Virus record (IMG/VR): IMGVR_UViG_3300037484_000230
Span: 1 to 40,143 of that record
Reading direction: 5' to 3' (one strand)
Source of the DNA: a virus
Taxonomy: Duplodnaviria > Caudoviricetes
DNA length: 40,143 nucleotides
The notes below the pieces were generated by a model. It was not told where the DNA came from. It searched no databases and saw only the letters and a list, made by a program, of their open reading frames with translations. Positions within the stretch are counted from its first letter, which is position 1; each line of letters opens with the position of its first letter. Position numbers and translations under genes: made by a program. This document shows positions 26,625 to 36,772 of the stretch, piece by piece.

Positions 26625-27607
26625 GCTGAGAACCGTATCGCAATGCCGGGAATCGACCCCGCTGTGGGGGAAATCGCCCCACTCGGAAATGTACTTGGTA
26701 AGGCTCCATACGCATTTGCGACAGAAATATGAGCCGCTCGATTTGATCCTAACGATCCGAGTGCATCTCCAATAAAATTATTCGATCCTGCGAGTGCATT
26801 TCCACCAAATCCTGTTGTCGTATCCGACAGCAAGACAGCCCAATACAGTTGATCCGATGTCAAACTCACCGCAGCAAAAAGAGAGGTCGTTTCCGCCGCA
26901 GAGACAGTCAGTTCTCCAGAGTCTTTGACGAGTGCAGCAGGATATAAGTTTGTATCTGCCGTATTCGTATAAATGCCCATACGAAATTTGGTTCCAACAG
27001 TTGTTGAAGAGGTTCTCATAGCAAAACCAGTAAATGCCGTATTGCGTCCACTGAGAAAAGGTACGGCGTATAAAACACCTAATGTTGCGCTAAATAATGC
27101 TTTCGATGGAATCACTGTACCAGCAAGATACCACGCATCCCCCCAGACACCTCCAGCGATTTGCCGAAATGATGCAAGGGCGTGAGCTGTTGTTGTACTT
27201 ACAGGAGTTCCGTGTGTGTGGTCACTTCGACTCATCGTCCCGAGAACACCATCTGCCGAGGACAGTCCGTAACTTGTTTCGGACACCACTGAACCAAAAT
27301 AGTTTATCAAACCAGAACTATCAGTCCCATTATGGGTATGAGATTGAGCATGATGCTGGTCTGCAACCACCGCATCTAAATCGCTGTGGGAAATCCCGCC
27401 CCCATCCCCGCTTGTATGTGTATGAACTTCAGCATGGTGTTGGTCTGCCGACACACCAGTAAGATCACCATGAGCCAAAGCCTCCACCTCATTATGGCGA
27501 GACACCTCTTGACGAAGTATCTCAAGCCACTGAAGCCACGGTTGAGCAATTCGTACCGTGTCTTTGACTTGAAATGGTGTGTTGTGGGGAACCGGAGGTA
27601 GAGCCAT
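26621..27607 (-). CDS. Tail needle/fibre-like protein with DQHH..HTH repeats
   Basis: P.P...PW..W N-terminus, position downstream of the gp10-like gene, HxH repeats. Confidence 0.68.
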   Translation of the reverse strand: MALPPVPHNTPFQVKDTVRIAQPWLQWLEILRQEVSRHNEVEALAHGDLTGVSADQHHAEVHTHTSGDGGGISHSDLDAVVADQHHAQSHTHNGTDSSGLINYFGSVVSETSYGLSSADGVLGTMSRSDHTHGTPVSTTTAHALASFRQIAGGVWGDAWYLAGTVIPSKALFSATLGVLYAVPFLSGRNTAFTGFAMRTSSTTVGTKFRMGIYTNTADTNLYPAALVKDSGELTVSAAETTSLFAAVSLTSDQLYWAVLLSDTTTGFGGNALAGSNNFIGDALGSLGSNRAAHISVANAYGALPSTFPSGAISPTAGSIPGIAIRFSA

Positions 27608-27799
27608 TTATCTCTTTTTCTTGGCAGACCGCTTAGGCTGTAATGACTCAAACCGAACATCATCCAGTTTCTCATGTTCGTGAGACCATGTTTTGAGTTG
27701 AACAAGAATGGTATATCCCGCTTTCAACATCCCGAGGCATCCCAAGATAAGGGCTACTGTGATCGTTTGTAAAATTGAACTCCAATCAAATGAGATCAT
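27608..27799 (-). CDS. Small single-TM protein
   Basis: TAATG coupling; hydrophobic N-terminus. Confidence 0.6.
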   Translation of the reverse strand: MISFDWSSILQTITVALILGCLGMLKAGYTILVQLKTWSHEHEKLDDVRFESLQPKRSAKKKR

Positions 27800-29208
27800 T
27801 AGGATTCCCCCGTAGTAATTTCTGCACTGGCTCCGATCATAGCGACTTTCACATTTGTTGAACCTTGCACTTCAAATACGGCGTCCCTCATTTGCCCGAG
27901 ACGACGCCAGATCGCTCGTGTAAACCGCTCTCCGGTCATTCCGAGGGTGGCCGTGATCCAATTCCCCCAGGTGTGACCCCCATCCCGACTGATCCGAAGT
28001 TGGACAATCGGAGCATCTGACTCAGCCCCAACCACACCCTCTTCAAATTCAACTTCGAGTTGGTGCACCACGAGTCTCTTCCGTTCAGCCCAATAGTGGG
28101 GAGAACGACGAGACCACACGATATGCTCTCCATTTTCATCGTGAGCATCTGAAGATAAGGTATACAGATTCCCTGTCAGTCGATCAGTGGCAATCAGCCG
28201 ATTGATAAATCGAACGACTTCTCGTGTCCTCCACGCTCCAAGTCCGTAACTGGACCGTTCATGCCACAGTTGCGTCATAAAGTCGTAGACAAAGGTTTCT
28301 CCACCCGCCAGGAATGTAATACCATAAAAATTATGTCCATCCATCTGGTAACTGAATCCAAACGCATCAGCCGTAGTGTCGTATGAACGCCACAGGGCTT
28401 CAAGCGCAGGAGTCGAAATGGGAACGGCTTCCAATCCTGATGCAGCAATGACTCTTCCCCCCGGAGACCCCTGCTTATGACGACCAAGCCAAACAATTGT
28501 ATCAGCGATTTGTGCTACACTATCTACAGCCTGGAGTCCCCAATCAATCACTCCCGATGTGGTTTGAAACGGAAATGGTGTCGTGCCCGCGTCATACCAA
28601 ATTTCAGTCGTGAGTTCCCCGAAGAGGTACAATTGCCGGTGCATGGCCCACGCAGAGAGCAACAAGTCTGGTGAGGCTTCTGCGGCTCCCAATTGAACCG
28701 GGTCCCATGTCATCCCATCGTTCAAACCACTCAACGCAAAATAAAATGAATTATTCAAGGTCACGACAAAATATTGGTCAAGAAACACAATTGATGTCGG
28801 CTGTCCAACCGGCTGAGGATTCGGTTTGGCAAAAACAGATGTACCATAATTGTAGATGTAGATAAATGCACCATCGACAATCGCCAATTCGGAATTGGCA
28901 TTATGTTCCATCTTGACCGACCCCACGGTCGTATCAAGCTGCCCTACCACAGTCGTTGAGGCGTCATTCAAGACCTGGATGACATCCCGTCCATGCACGA
29001 CGAACATCCGATGCCCTATGACATGGGCTCCACGAATGGGGGATGTGCCCACATTTTTGAACAGGTCCAATCCTGGAGCCCCAAGGAGCATCACAGGCGT
29101 CTTGCCCTTTGGCCCTCCCAACGTCGGAATGAGATTCATCGTCCGCTGGGTGTTAATATTCTTGCTCTGGGCTGGGTAGGACCCACCGATGAAGTCTTCT
29201 AAGATCAT
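27799..29208 (-). CDS. P22 gp10-like tail hub (packaged DNA stabilization protein)
   Basis: AE..PD, FG..TTEIW, Y...GH.FY, WHER, S.DGG.TW, W.RLG..R. Confidence 0.88.
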   Translation of the reverse strand: MILEDFIGGSYPAQSKNINTQRTMNLIPTLGGPKGKTPVMLLGAPGLDLFKNVGTSPIRGAHVIGHRMFVVHGRDVIQVLNDASTTVVGQLDTTVGSVKMEHNANSELAIVDGAFIYIYNYGTSVFAKPNPQPVGQPTSIVFLDQYFVVTLNNSFYFALSGLNDGMTWDPVQLGAAEASPDLLLSAWAMHRQLYLFGELTTEIWYDAGTTPFPFQTTSGVIDWGLQAVDSVAQIADTIVWLGRHKQGSPGGRVIAASGLEAVPISTPALEALWRSYDTTADAFGFSYQMDGHNFYGITFLAGGETFVYDFMTQLWHERSSYGLGAWRTREVVRFINRLIATDRLTGNLYTLSSDAHDENGEHIVWSRRSPHYWAERKRLVVHQLEVEFEEGVVGAESDAPIVQLRISRDGGHTWGNWITATLGMTGERFTRAIWRRLGQMRDAVFEVQGSTNVKVAMIGASAEITTGES

Positions 29209-29903
29209 TATTCAATCGTGTAAATGGTTGTCACCTGAGGCCGACGCACACCCAGATCAGGGAATATCGTCATATCAGGAGCGACATACACCAGAAGTCG
29301 ATCAAACAATTCCCTTGCCATCTCAGTCACCAGGAGACTCGGAGTCACCCCGTATCCAGGAGCCAGCCTCACAGCCAGATTATAGACCACCGCTTCCAGA
29401 TAGACCGGATCAACATCCAACTCTTCATTCAATGTTACAATTGACGCAAACGGTTTCTGAGACGACAGATGGAGAGTATAGGCTTTGTTCGGAATGTAGT
29501 ACAACCGAATACGGCCAAGGGGCTGTGTCGGTTTATACCACAACCGAGAAGGGAGTCCTGTGACCGTTGTTCGGTCTCCATAGGACATATATTGATCTTC
29601 ACCAATCAATTCCAGGGGAGTGAAGATATCTTGGTCATCCTCAATCGACGCCACTTTAATTTTCAGAGGACGAGTTGTATTAAAATTTCCTGATGGTCCG
29701 ATTGTGTAATCCCCATCACTGGCTGTCAGTACAAAGGACTCTTCAACGGTCGCTAGCACAGAGACATTCCGTACAGACCATGAGCCCAGCATAAGGTTCA
29801 GCTTGCTTCGAGCATCTTGGGCCATATCCGCAGGTAAGGTTTCTCCTGTGGCAAGCACTCCAAGTTCCTTAAAGGCGCTGTTTAAGATATCTTGAATGGT
29901 CAT
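29208..29903 (-). CDS. P22 gp4-like head-tail adaptor
   Basis: I...A...LGV.A.GE, LN.ML..W, YNLA.RLAP.YG. Confidence 0.8.
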   Translation of the reverse strand: MTIQDILNSAFKELGVLATGETLPADMAQDARSKLNLMLGSWSVRNVSVLATVEESFVLTASDGDYTIGPSGNFNTTRPLKIKVASIEDDQDIFTPLELIGEDQYMSYGDRTTVTGLPSRLWYKPTQPLGRIRLYYIPNKAYTLHLSSQKPFASIVTLNEELDVDPVYLEAVVYNLAVRLAPGYGVTPSLLVTEMARELFDRLLVYVAPDMTIFPDLGVRRPQVTTIYTIE

Positions 29904-30126
29904 TCTGTTCCATTCATGTTAAAAAAGAGAATCATACAATCTGAGAAACTCATCGAAGATGCGATTCCCAGCATACACAAAATTTTGGTCATTGTGACCC
30001 CTCAATTGCCCTCGGTTGGATTACTGCTGTGCAGACTCACCAACCTACACCACCCGATAACCTAGCTCCCACCCACCCGCACTGTGATCCTCGGACCTTC
30101 TTGGTCCTACTGAGCTAGGGCGCTAC

Positions 30127-30408
30127 TTAGGCTCCTGCGATGAAACCCTTCTCAACGAGGGCTGCACGCAGTTCGTTGACCAAGGTAACAATCGCATCAG
30201 CCTGGGCCGCTGTGGTGAAACCATACGGAGAGCTATTGGTTGCTCCCGTGGTTGCCACCGCAGCCTGGGCTGCACCTGACCGCTGATCCACGGGCGTAGA
30301 CCCGTGGAACGCCACCAGGTCAGCCGTACTCTGACCCACCACCGTCCCGTCAGGAGACTTGTTGCCAAGATACTCCTTCGTGGACGAACTTGTCGAATTG
30401 ATAGCCAT
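30127..30408 (-). CDS. Capsid decoration/head fibre-like small protein
   Basis: Immediately after the coat gene; F.G.TPV...VNELR.AL...G. Confidence 0.65.
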   Translation of the reverse strand: MAINSTSSSTKEYLGNKSPDGTVVGQSTADLVAFHGSTPVDQRSGAAQAAVATTGATNSSPYGFTTAAQADAIVTLVNELRAALVEKGFIAGA

Positions 30409-30427
30409 GACTTACTTCCTCTCTTTC

Positions 30428-31597
30428 TTACGGGTTCCCGAGGATTCGGCACGCCAGATCAGGATAGGTCGCTGTCCAGCCGTAGAGCACGTCCAGACGC
30501 ACGATTTCCTGGTCATTGGTGATATCGAAATCCTTGACTAGACGAATGCTCATTCCCTGGTATTCCACCGTTTCACTCCACGGCACACCATCAGGAGCCT
30601 GAATCGGCACAGTGACCAGTGCAAACGCATTCTTCTGGAAGGCCAGATTCGCCGTGTGACTTCCAACCAGCGTCACCACATTCGAGCCCGTGGTCGGTAG
30701 AGCCGTCACGTTCTGATAGGCGGTGGCTGCCTTCATCGCCGGAGAGATCGGCACAGAAGTCGCCGTCGTCACCGACGTAGTGGCTGTGACCACGAATTGC
30801 TGGGCATAGCCGAGATCAGACTTGCTGAGTGGATTGACCGCATTGCACGCCGCGAAGGTGATGATATCACCCTTGACTAGCGTACCGTTGCCCCCCGCCG
30901 TCAGACTGACCGACGTGGCCCCTTCCGCAGGATTCGACGCCAGCGTAATCGTGGTCGCCGTTCCCTTGGTATGGGTGGGCACATTCTGGGACTCGAAGAG
31001 ATCGAATCCAGACAGACGGCCAACCGACGCTTCCTTGGTGATATCTTCAACCAACGACGGCTGAAAGACATTCGCAGACAGCGACAGCAACAGAGAATTC
31101 GAAGCAGCCGGAGACAGAGACGCGAAGCGATCATTCTGCATCACCGCGAACTCCGTCATCTTCTGCTTCGTATCCAACAGGGCTGCGAAGTCCACAGACC
31201 CACCAGCAGAGCCGGAGGCATTGTAGACATCCTTGTACAGCGCCGCCCCATCCATGTCAACTTGGTTCGCCAACACGATGCAGGCAGGCTTCACATACCG
31301 CTCGACGTACTCGTCAATCGAGAGGGTCAAGTCTTTGCTGTTCCAGGCCCACCCGACATGCTTCCGCTTGTCAATCGTGATGTTCCCAGACGACTCCGTG
31401 ACATCCTGGAGCGCAAGAGTCGCCCCATCCGTTGCGGAGAATTTCACCGGCTTCCGGTAAGAGACGGTATCTCCCACCTTCACGCCGAAATCGTTTTTGA
31501 ACTGCTTATTCGCCAACCGAGCAAACACCAGGTTATTGACCAACTGGAGCGCGGCTTCCTTGGCGATAATCGCAGGGGTGATGATTGTATTAGCCAT
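30428..31597 (-). CDS. Major capsid protein (P22 gp5-like)
   Basis: MAN...T...I..EA...L.N, KVGDT...RKP, G...GFD...SQN, RLDVLYGW. Confidence 0.92.
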   Translation of the reverse strand: MANTIITPAIIAKEAALQLVNNLVFARLANKQFKNDFGVKVGDTVSYRKPVKFSATDGATLALQDVTESSGNITIDKRKHVGWAWNSKDLTLSIDEYVERYVKPACIVLANQVDMDGAALYKDVYNASGSAGGSVDFAALLDTKQKMTEFAVMQNDRFASLSPAASNSLLLSLSANVFQPSLVEDITKEASVGRLSGFDLFESQNVPTHTKGTATTITLASNPAEGATSVSLTAGGNGTLVKGDIITFAACNAVNPLSKSDLGYAQQFVVTATTSVTTATSVPISPAMKAATAYQNVTALPTTGSNVVTLVGSHTANLAFQKNAFALVTVPIQAPDGVPWSETVEYQGMSIRLVKDFDITNDQEIVRLDVLYGWTATYPDLACRILGNP

Positions 31598-31609
31598 TTC
31601 GTTTTCCCT

Positions 31610-32470
31610 TTATCGCGCTTTTCTCCCTCGCCATGCGTACGCATCTTCCCGATGCTTGGCATATTCTTCCATGTTCATTGTTTTCGGGTCTTTCGTCACC
31701 GTTTCGCCGGTGCCCGAAACATTCTGGAGTGGCTTAGGAGATTGTGTAACAACTTTGGGTTGAGGGGGCGTCAGCCGTTCCTCAATCCGCCCAATTTCAA
31801 GCGCCACTTCAAACGGGGACAACTCATTCAACCGGGATGTGACCGCAGGATTCTTCGCCAAGTAATAGGCAACCTGTGGACCTTTATTTGAGTGCAGAAC
31901 TGCTTCAACCACAGACTCAGATTGAAGAAACGTCGGACTCGTAATAGTGGCTTCAAAATCCGGTGTTTCTTTCTTGAAGGTTTCAGCCGAGGAATAAAAC
32001 TTTCTGGCCCGCTCTTCTTTCGTCTGATTCTGCTGAATCTGAGACGAGAAATTACGTAACTCCAGCTTCACTCGGTAATCCACCGATGCCTTAACAAAAT
32101 CCCCATAATCGGTGAAATCTTCCAGTTTAGGCTCAGTTGGTTCAGCGGGTTTGGTCGCCGCAGGACCAGCCGCAGGCTGCTCTTGCCTCTCCAATGCGAG
32201 TTTCCTATAGAAATCTCGCTCCCGAACCGCGTCATCAGCAAGGCGTTTTGCGTCCTCTCGCTGAACCGTCAGTTCGGCAAACCGCTTGGTTGCCCATTCT
32301 GGAGTCCCCTCTTTCGGCTCCTGTGTCGTGATCTCTTGGTTCTGTTGCTCCTGGTTAATCTGTTCCGTTTGCTGTGGTGCACCTTCTGTGGAAGTAGCCT
32401 GACTTCCAAGACTTTGTACGGCTTCCGCGCCCGTTTTCTCAACGGTAGTAGTGGTCTGGGTTTGACTCAC
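31610..32470 (-). CDS. Scaffolding protein
   Basis: Between portal and coat; acidic coiled coil, KRF.ELT, M.MEEY...R end; GGGGAG SD before GTG at 32470. Confidence 0.8.
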   Translation of the reverse strand: MSQTQTTTTVEKTGAEAVQSLGSQATSTEGAPQQTEQINQEQQNQEITTQEPKEGTPEWATKRFAELTVQREDAKRLADDAVRERDFYRKLALERQEQPAAGPAATKPAEPTEPKLEDFTDYGDFVKASVDYRVKLELRNFSSQIQQNQTKEERARKFYSSAETFKKETPDFEATITSPTFLQSESVVEAVLHSNKGPQVAYYLAKNPAVTSRLNELSPFEVALEIGRIEERLTPPQPKVVTQSPKPLQNVSGTGETVTKDPKTMNMEEYAKHREDAYAWRGRKAR

Positions 32471-32527
32471 GAGTATGCTCCCCTGTGCCTCGATACGGTC
32501 GAGTGCCGTCAATCAATGAATCTGGTC

Positions 32528-32695
32528 TTAGCTCCGTGGCGAACCTTTTCTCGGACTGTACTTACCAGAGGCCAGTCCATCAACCGCCATCTTCGATTCC
32601 GGCTGACGATCAGCCCCCGCCCCTTTCGGAGAAACCTGAGCCTTCGAGACTTCTTTTTCGTTCATGGGCTGAGACTCGTCTGTCTTGATCTTCAT
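32528..32695 (-). CDS. 55-aa hydrophilic protein (MKIKTDESQP...)
   Basis: Hand-translated; GAGGGGGTG SD. Confidence 0.45.
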   Translation of the reverse strand: MKIKTDESQPMNEKEVSKAQVSPKGAGADRQPESKMAVDGLASGKYSPRKGSPRS

Positions 32696-32702
32696 GCTAT
32701 GT

Positions 32703-34679
32703 TCACCCCCTCTCGCTTGGTGTAAAAAGTTGTTCTAGAATATCCAGCACTTCTTTCCGAACGCTAGTGCCCTCTTTCTGGACATTCAATGAGGCTTTCA
32801 TCACTTTCAACTTTTCCAAATCAATCTTGATCTTCGCAATCTCAGCCTTTGATTCCGCAATCACTTGCTTCGGATCAGGAGGCAACGTGCTCGGATCGAT
32901 ATCCTTCAACACATTCGGAGGCACCAGCCTCTTGAGACGCTCAGAAATCTCTTGAGCGTATTCCCAATCCTGAGACTTCGCCGCCAAATCCATCATCACA
33001 GGGCGAGCCTCGGGATAATTCATTCCGAATTGCATCAGCCCTTCAGCCGCTTCTTGACGCATCGTGGAGAAGGAGGGTCCGGTATCAATGATGATACCAT
33101 AACGACCGATAGACAAATCATTGAGAATCAGGGGTTCCCCATTCTCACCCCGTTCCGGAGTATTCACTGGCACGAGGTCTTCAGTATCATCATGCTGCCG
33201 AATACGAAGTACACGGCTGGTATCAAAGACTTTCGGGATGATGCCCACCAGAATCTTGCCGGTCAGTCGCAGGGCTCGGCACAGATTATCAGCATACGGA
33301 AAATTCCCGGTATCACCCACCGCTTGACGGGCGTTAATGGCTTTACCCGTTCGTTCATTCCCTGAAAGGCCCAACGAGGCATCATTCATCCCCATTGTCG
33401 ATTTCAAATCTTCTAATGATTGGGTCGATCCTTGAAACATCCCAGGAGACGCCGTTGGAGGCTCTTGCCGCTGCGGGGGTGTCGGAGTCGAAGGATCAGG
33501 ATTATACCTCAAGACCGCGATATTTCGACGATTGGCCTCTTTATAGTCGTTCTCAAATCCTTCAATCTGCTTCGCGGTAGCCACCCAGGGGGACTTCGGC
33601 TGAAGGGCGACGAATTCCACTTCCGCTGAACGCCAGTAATTATACATTCTCATGGCATCAGCCGCGTTGCGCGTCATGCCACGAATATGCCGTTTTCCAT
33701 CCACCACCACCATTTTCCCGTATACCGGAACAATAGGAATAATGGTCCCAGGGAACTCTTCGGGTCCTTCCAGAATCTCCGCCCCACAGATCATATGCCG
33801 GCGAATACGATAAGACGAGACCATCCGCTCGGAGACGACTTCAACCATTGGAGGAACAGGCGCACCCGGCGTCGTCACTTCCAGCATGGTACGCTTCGCC
33901 TTTTCCTGCTCAAGGCGGTCAGCCGCTTTATCCTCGTCCAGCACGGTCCCATCAGAAAACTGGACAATTTTTTTGGTAATCGCTTCTCGAATCCAGTATT
34001 CGGCAATCTTGACTTTATCTTTATCAAACCACCCTGCGGTATCTCCAGACCCCACATCTGGCAACGAGGCGGGGTTCACATCAGGATACTGCTCCGTAAA
34101 TTCATCACGGCTGAGCCACTCAGTGACAAAGCACCACTCAGCGAAGGTCTTATCCAGATCAAATGGGCGTGGATCAAAATACACACTGAGCGGGTTAGGA
34201 ATCCATTCGATCCTAATATCCTGCTCGAACGTGTCATTCTCAGCATATTTTGTGGTAACTCTCCAAGCTCCCAAACCCCCTGCCACCATTGACTCGGCAG
34301 CACTATCATAGACGGTTTCAGCCGACGATTGATATTCGATGTTCTTAATAATGCCGTCGATGACTTTCGCCATCTCAACTGTCGCGTCCTTTGATTCAGG
34401 CCGCGTCTTAATGCGAGGGCGATTCAGCCGAATGTCACCGATGACCTGATCCACAAACCGAGGAAGCTGGTTAATAGTCAGTGAAGGGCGGCCATCCAAA
34501 TCCCGGTCAGCCTTGATTTTAGCATCCCACTGGTCTTCACCAAGGAAGAATTTCATATCCTTGGAAAAGGCTTCTCGATTATGGCTATCGAATTCACCCG
34601 CCCACTTCAGGCGTTTGAGTGCCTTCTGAAGAAAAGGGTCCTTCTTTCCCGCCATCTGGTATGACACGTCTTCAATCAT
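32703..34679 (-). CDS. Portal protein (P22-like)
   Basis: F..G.QW, RP.LTIN, IPIVPVYG, YNYW.S, GKAI.ARQ, GP...T.RQE. Confidence 0.92.
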   Translation of the reverse strand: MIEDVSYQMAGKKDPFLQKALKRLKWAGEFDSHNREAFSKDMKFFLGEDQWDAKIKADRDLDGRPSLTINQLPRFVDQVIGDIRLNRPRIKTRPESKDATVEMAKVIDGIIKNIEYQSSAETVYDSAAESMVAGGLGAWRVTTKYAENDTFEQDIRIEWIPNPLSVYFDPRPFDLDKTFAEWCFVTEWLSRDEFTEQYPDVNPASLPDVGSGDTAGWFDKDKVKIAEYWIREAITKKIVQFSDGTVLDEDKAADRLEQEKAKRTMLEVTTPGAPVPPMVEVVSERMVSSYRIRRHMICGAEILEGPEEFPGTIIPIVPVYGKMVVVDGKRHIRGMTRNAADAMRMYNYWRSAEVEFVALQPKSPWVATAKQIEGFENDYKEANRRNIAVLRYNPDPSTPTPPQRQEPPTASPGMFQGSTQSLEDLKSTMGMNDASLGLSGNERTGKAINARQAVGDTGNFPYADNLCRALRLTGKILVGIIPKVFDTSRVLRIRQHDDTEDLVPVNTPERGENGEPLILNDLSIGRYGIIIDTGPSFSTMRQEAAEGLMQFGMNYPEARPVMMDLAAKSQDWEYAQEISERLKRLVPPNVLKDIDPSTLPPDPKQVIAESKAEIAKIKIDLEKLKVMKASLNVQKEGTSVRKEVLDILEQLFTPSERG

Positions 34680-34681
34680 GG

Positions 34682-36091
34682 TCAGTTCCGCATCCAATCA
34701 GTGCTAGATGCTCCTACAGGAGAGGGGCGTCGTCTTTGCAATTCACCAGACGATACTCGGGGTTCTTCAAAACTGGTTGCAAAGATTCTGAATCCATCCG
34801 CTGCGTGAGACGACCACGAATGCTCCGGTGTGGTCGAAAAAATCTTCCTTTCGTCATCCCATCGCTTATGGTAATCCTTCAACGCATCAATACCCCGTTT
34901 GCATTTAATCGAGTTAAAAAAGCACCGTGGGAAGATGGAACGCACCGCTTGGATGCCCGTTTCCACATCCATCACCGGCACCACCGTAAAGAAATTCGAT
35001 TTACCCGTCAGTTCAGACGCCACAGTAATCGCGCTCTTTCCTGTTGAAAAGTCCCGTTTCTTGATATCATGGGGTGTATAGTGCTTCGCGTACGTATACT
35101 TTTGCTGATAAAGATGCTTGACGTAGTGCTCTACCCCTTCCCCAGAATCCTCGAAATAGTCGATAAAATAAATACCACGATTTTTCTTTTGATAAAACCA
35201 CAGAGTAGTCGTATCTCGTGTCCCAATATCCCAAGCGGTGAACACTGGAAGTACGGGATCGTATTGGATTGAGATTCCGATTCGTCCTTCTCGTTCGGCC
35301 TCTTCCACCAACCGGCCATAGTAGCTTCCGATCATGCTTCCAGTAAAGGAGCAGTAATACTCCTGCTGGAGAAACTCTTCGTCCATCCCTGACAGACGAT
35401 CCTCTTCGATCATCTCTTGCGTCACCACCGGGGACCCATTCTCATTAAACGTATCTTCGACGGTCAATGTGGTCCAATGCCAGCGGGGATTGCCTTCAGT
35501 TTTTTGTTTCAGATCATAGTAGTGATTCTTACCGAGAGGAGTTGAGTTAAAGACCGCGAATCCGCCGTTCTCAGCCAGAATCGGTCGAAACATATTCCAA
35601 ACTTTGGGGTCCGTAAAGGCGAATTCGGAAAAAACCACTCCGATAGGGTTCGTTCCTCGGTACGCATCGGCATTATCTGACCCCAACAACTGAATAATCG
35701 ACCCGTTCCACAATTTCACCAGCATTTCGGTGTCTTTGGGCTCCCCGTCGATGAGGGCCGGAGGAATGTGATCGAGAAATTTGATGCCGTCCTTCCCCCT
35801 CGCCTGCCAAATCGCTTTTCGGGCCTGATTCAGCAGGGGGAAGACGTAAAAGTACGTCCCCACTTTGCGGCAGGCTTCCGAGATCAGCAAGTTCCAGCAT
35901 GTTTTATCCTTTCCAGAACGACGGTGCCAGCACAACCCAATCCGTTTAATACCATTCTGGATATCATTGAATGGAATGACCTGATAATTTCTCGGAGTAA
36001 ACCGAAAAGGAATCTGAATCTCGGCTGTCCGAGTCAAATCTCCTTCGACATACTTATGAACTCTGGATGAAGACCGTTTCGGGGGTGCCAT
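34682..36091 (-). CDS. terL: Terminase large subunit
   Basis: PR.YQ, HRRSGKD Walker A, VVFSE Walker B, STP.G.N, WDIG and SHAAD nuclease motifs. Confidence 0.93.
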   Translation of the reverse strand: MAPPKRSSSRVHKYVEGDLTRTAEIQIPFRFTPRNYQVIPFNDIQNGIKRIGLCWHRRSGKDKTCWNLLISEACRKVGTYFYVFPLLNQARKAIWQARGKDGIKFLDHIPPALIDGEPKDTEMLVKLWNGSIIQLLGSDNADAYRGTNPIGVVFSEFAFTDPKVWNMFRPILAENGGFAVFNSTPLGKNHYYDLKQKTEGNPRWHWTTLTVEDTFNENGSPVVTQEMIEEDRLSGMDEEFLQQEYYCSFTGSMIGSYYGRLVEEAEREGRIGISIQYDPVLPVFTAWDIGTRDTTTLWFYQKKNRGIYFIDYFEDSGEGVEHYVKHLYQQKYTYAKHYTPHDIKKRDFSTGKSAITVASELTGKSNFFTVVPVMDVETGIQAVRSIFPRCFFNSIKCKRGIDALKDYHKRWDDERKIFSTTPEHSWSSHAADGFRIFATSFEEPRVSSGELQRRRPSPVGASSTDWMRN

Positions 36092-36591
36092 TACAGCCCA
36101 CGGTGATCCCGTAGCAGATTCAATGTATCAACAATGTGACCGCCGATTAAATAGGCTTCATGCTCAGCAAGGTCTGAGGGCATCCGGTTAAAAATCCGTC
36201 CATCAGCCGCTTGCAGGACATGAATCAGTTCATGCACTAAGACTTCTTCAGGATCAGCCCGCTCAGAGTCCGCAATCACAATTGCTGTGTGAGGGGCAAA
36301 ATTCCACACCTGACCGAGGCATCCACAACCATCCACATATATTTTCCCAAGTTCACCAGACAGTACAATCACTGTGGTATCATCAGGAAAAGAAATATAG
36401 GGTCCTGTTCCAAGGCGCATAGAATATTCCACTTCAATCAACCGGAGAAGAGCATCCATATGCGGAGCAGACAAATCCAAAAGTTGAATCTGCTTCACCG
36501 GCTGCTCTGCGACACTTTGCGCTTCAACAGGAAGCAGATAGACGGCTGCCAATAAATTCAAGAGAAACAGAGAAAGACCGAAGAGCTTCAT
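36091..36591 (-). CDS. Exported HExxH metallopeptidase-like protein
   Basis: N-terminal signal peptide (..VEA), VLVHELIHVLQ, downstream EHEAY. Confidence 0.65.
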   Translation of the reverse strand: MKLFGLSLFLLNLLAAVYLLPVEAQSVAEQPVKQIQLLDLSAPHMDALLRLIEVEYSMRLGTGPYISFPDDTTVIVLSGELGKIYVDGCGCLGQVWNFAPHTAIVIADSERADPEEVLVHELIHVLQAADGRIFNRMPSDLAEHEAYLIGGHIVDTLNLLRDHRGL

Positions 36592-36770
36592 TTCTTCTCC
36601 GATTTCGACATCACTTGCTTAACTTGCTGAGATTTCCAGGCTTGATGCTGCTGCTTCAGTTCAGTTTCGCTGTAACCTTTTTTGATAAACCGACTAAAGG
36701 CTTTATGCCAAGTTGGATCAGTCTTCGTGTCCGCGATGACTTCTTTCCAAGTGGAAATGGTGTGGGGCAT
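36588..36770 (-). CDS. Small basic protein ending QVMSKSEKK
   Basis: Operon continuity; ATGA overlap. Confidence 0.6.
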   Translation of the reverse strand: MPHTISTWKEVIADTKTDPTWHKAFSRFIKKGYSETELKQQHQAWKSQQVKQVMSKSEKK

Positions 36771-36772
36771 AC

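Noticed and set aside
30095-30123. Third tRNA (GCCCTAGCTCAGTAGG on the - strand)
   Set aside because: No anticodon arm, T-loop or acceptor pairing follows.
30971-31891. 306-aa + strand ORF
   Set aside because: Antisense shadow of the coat and scaffold genes, explained by codon bias.
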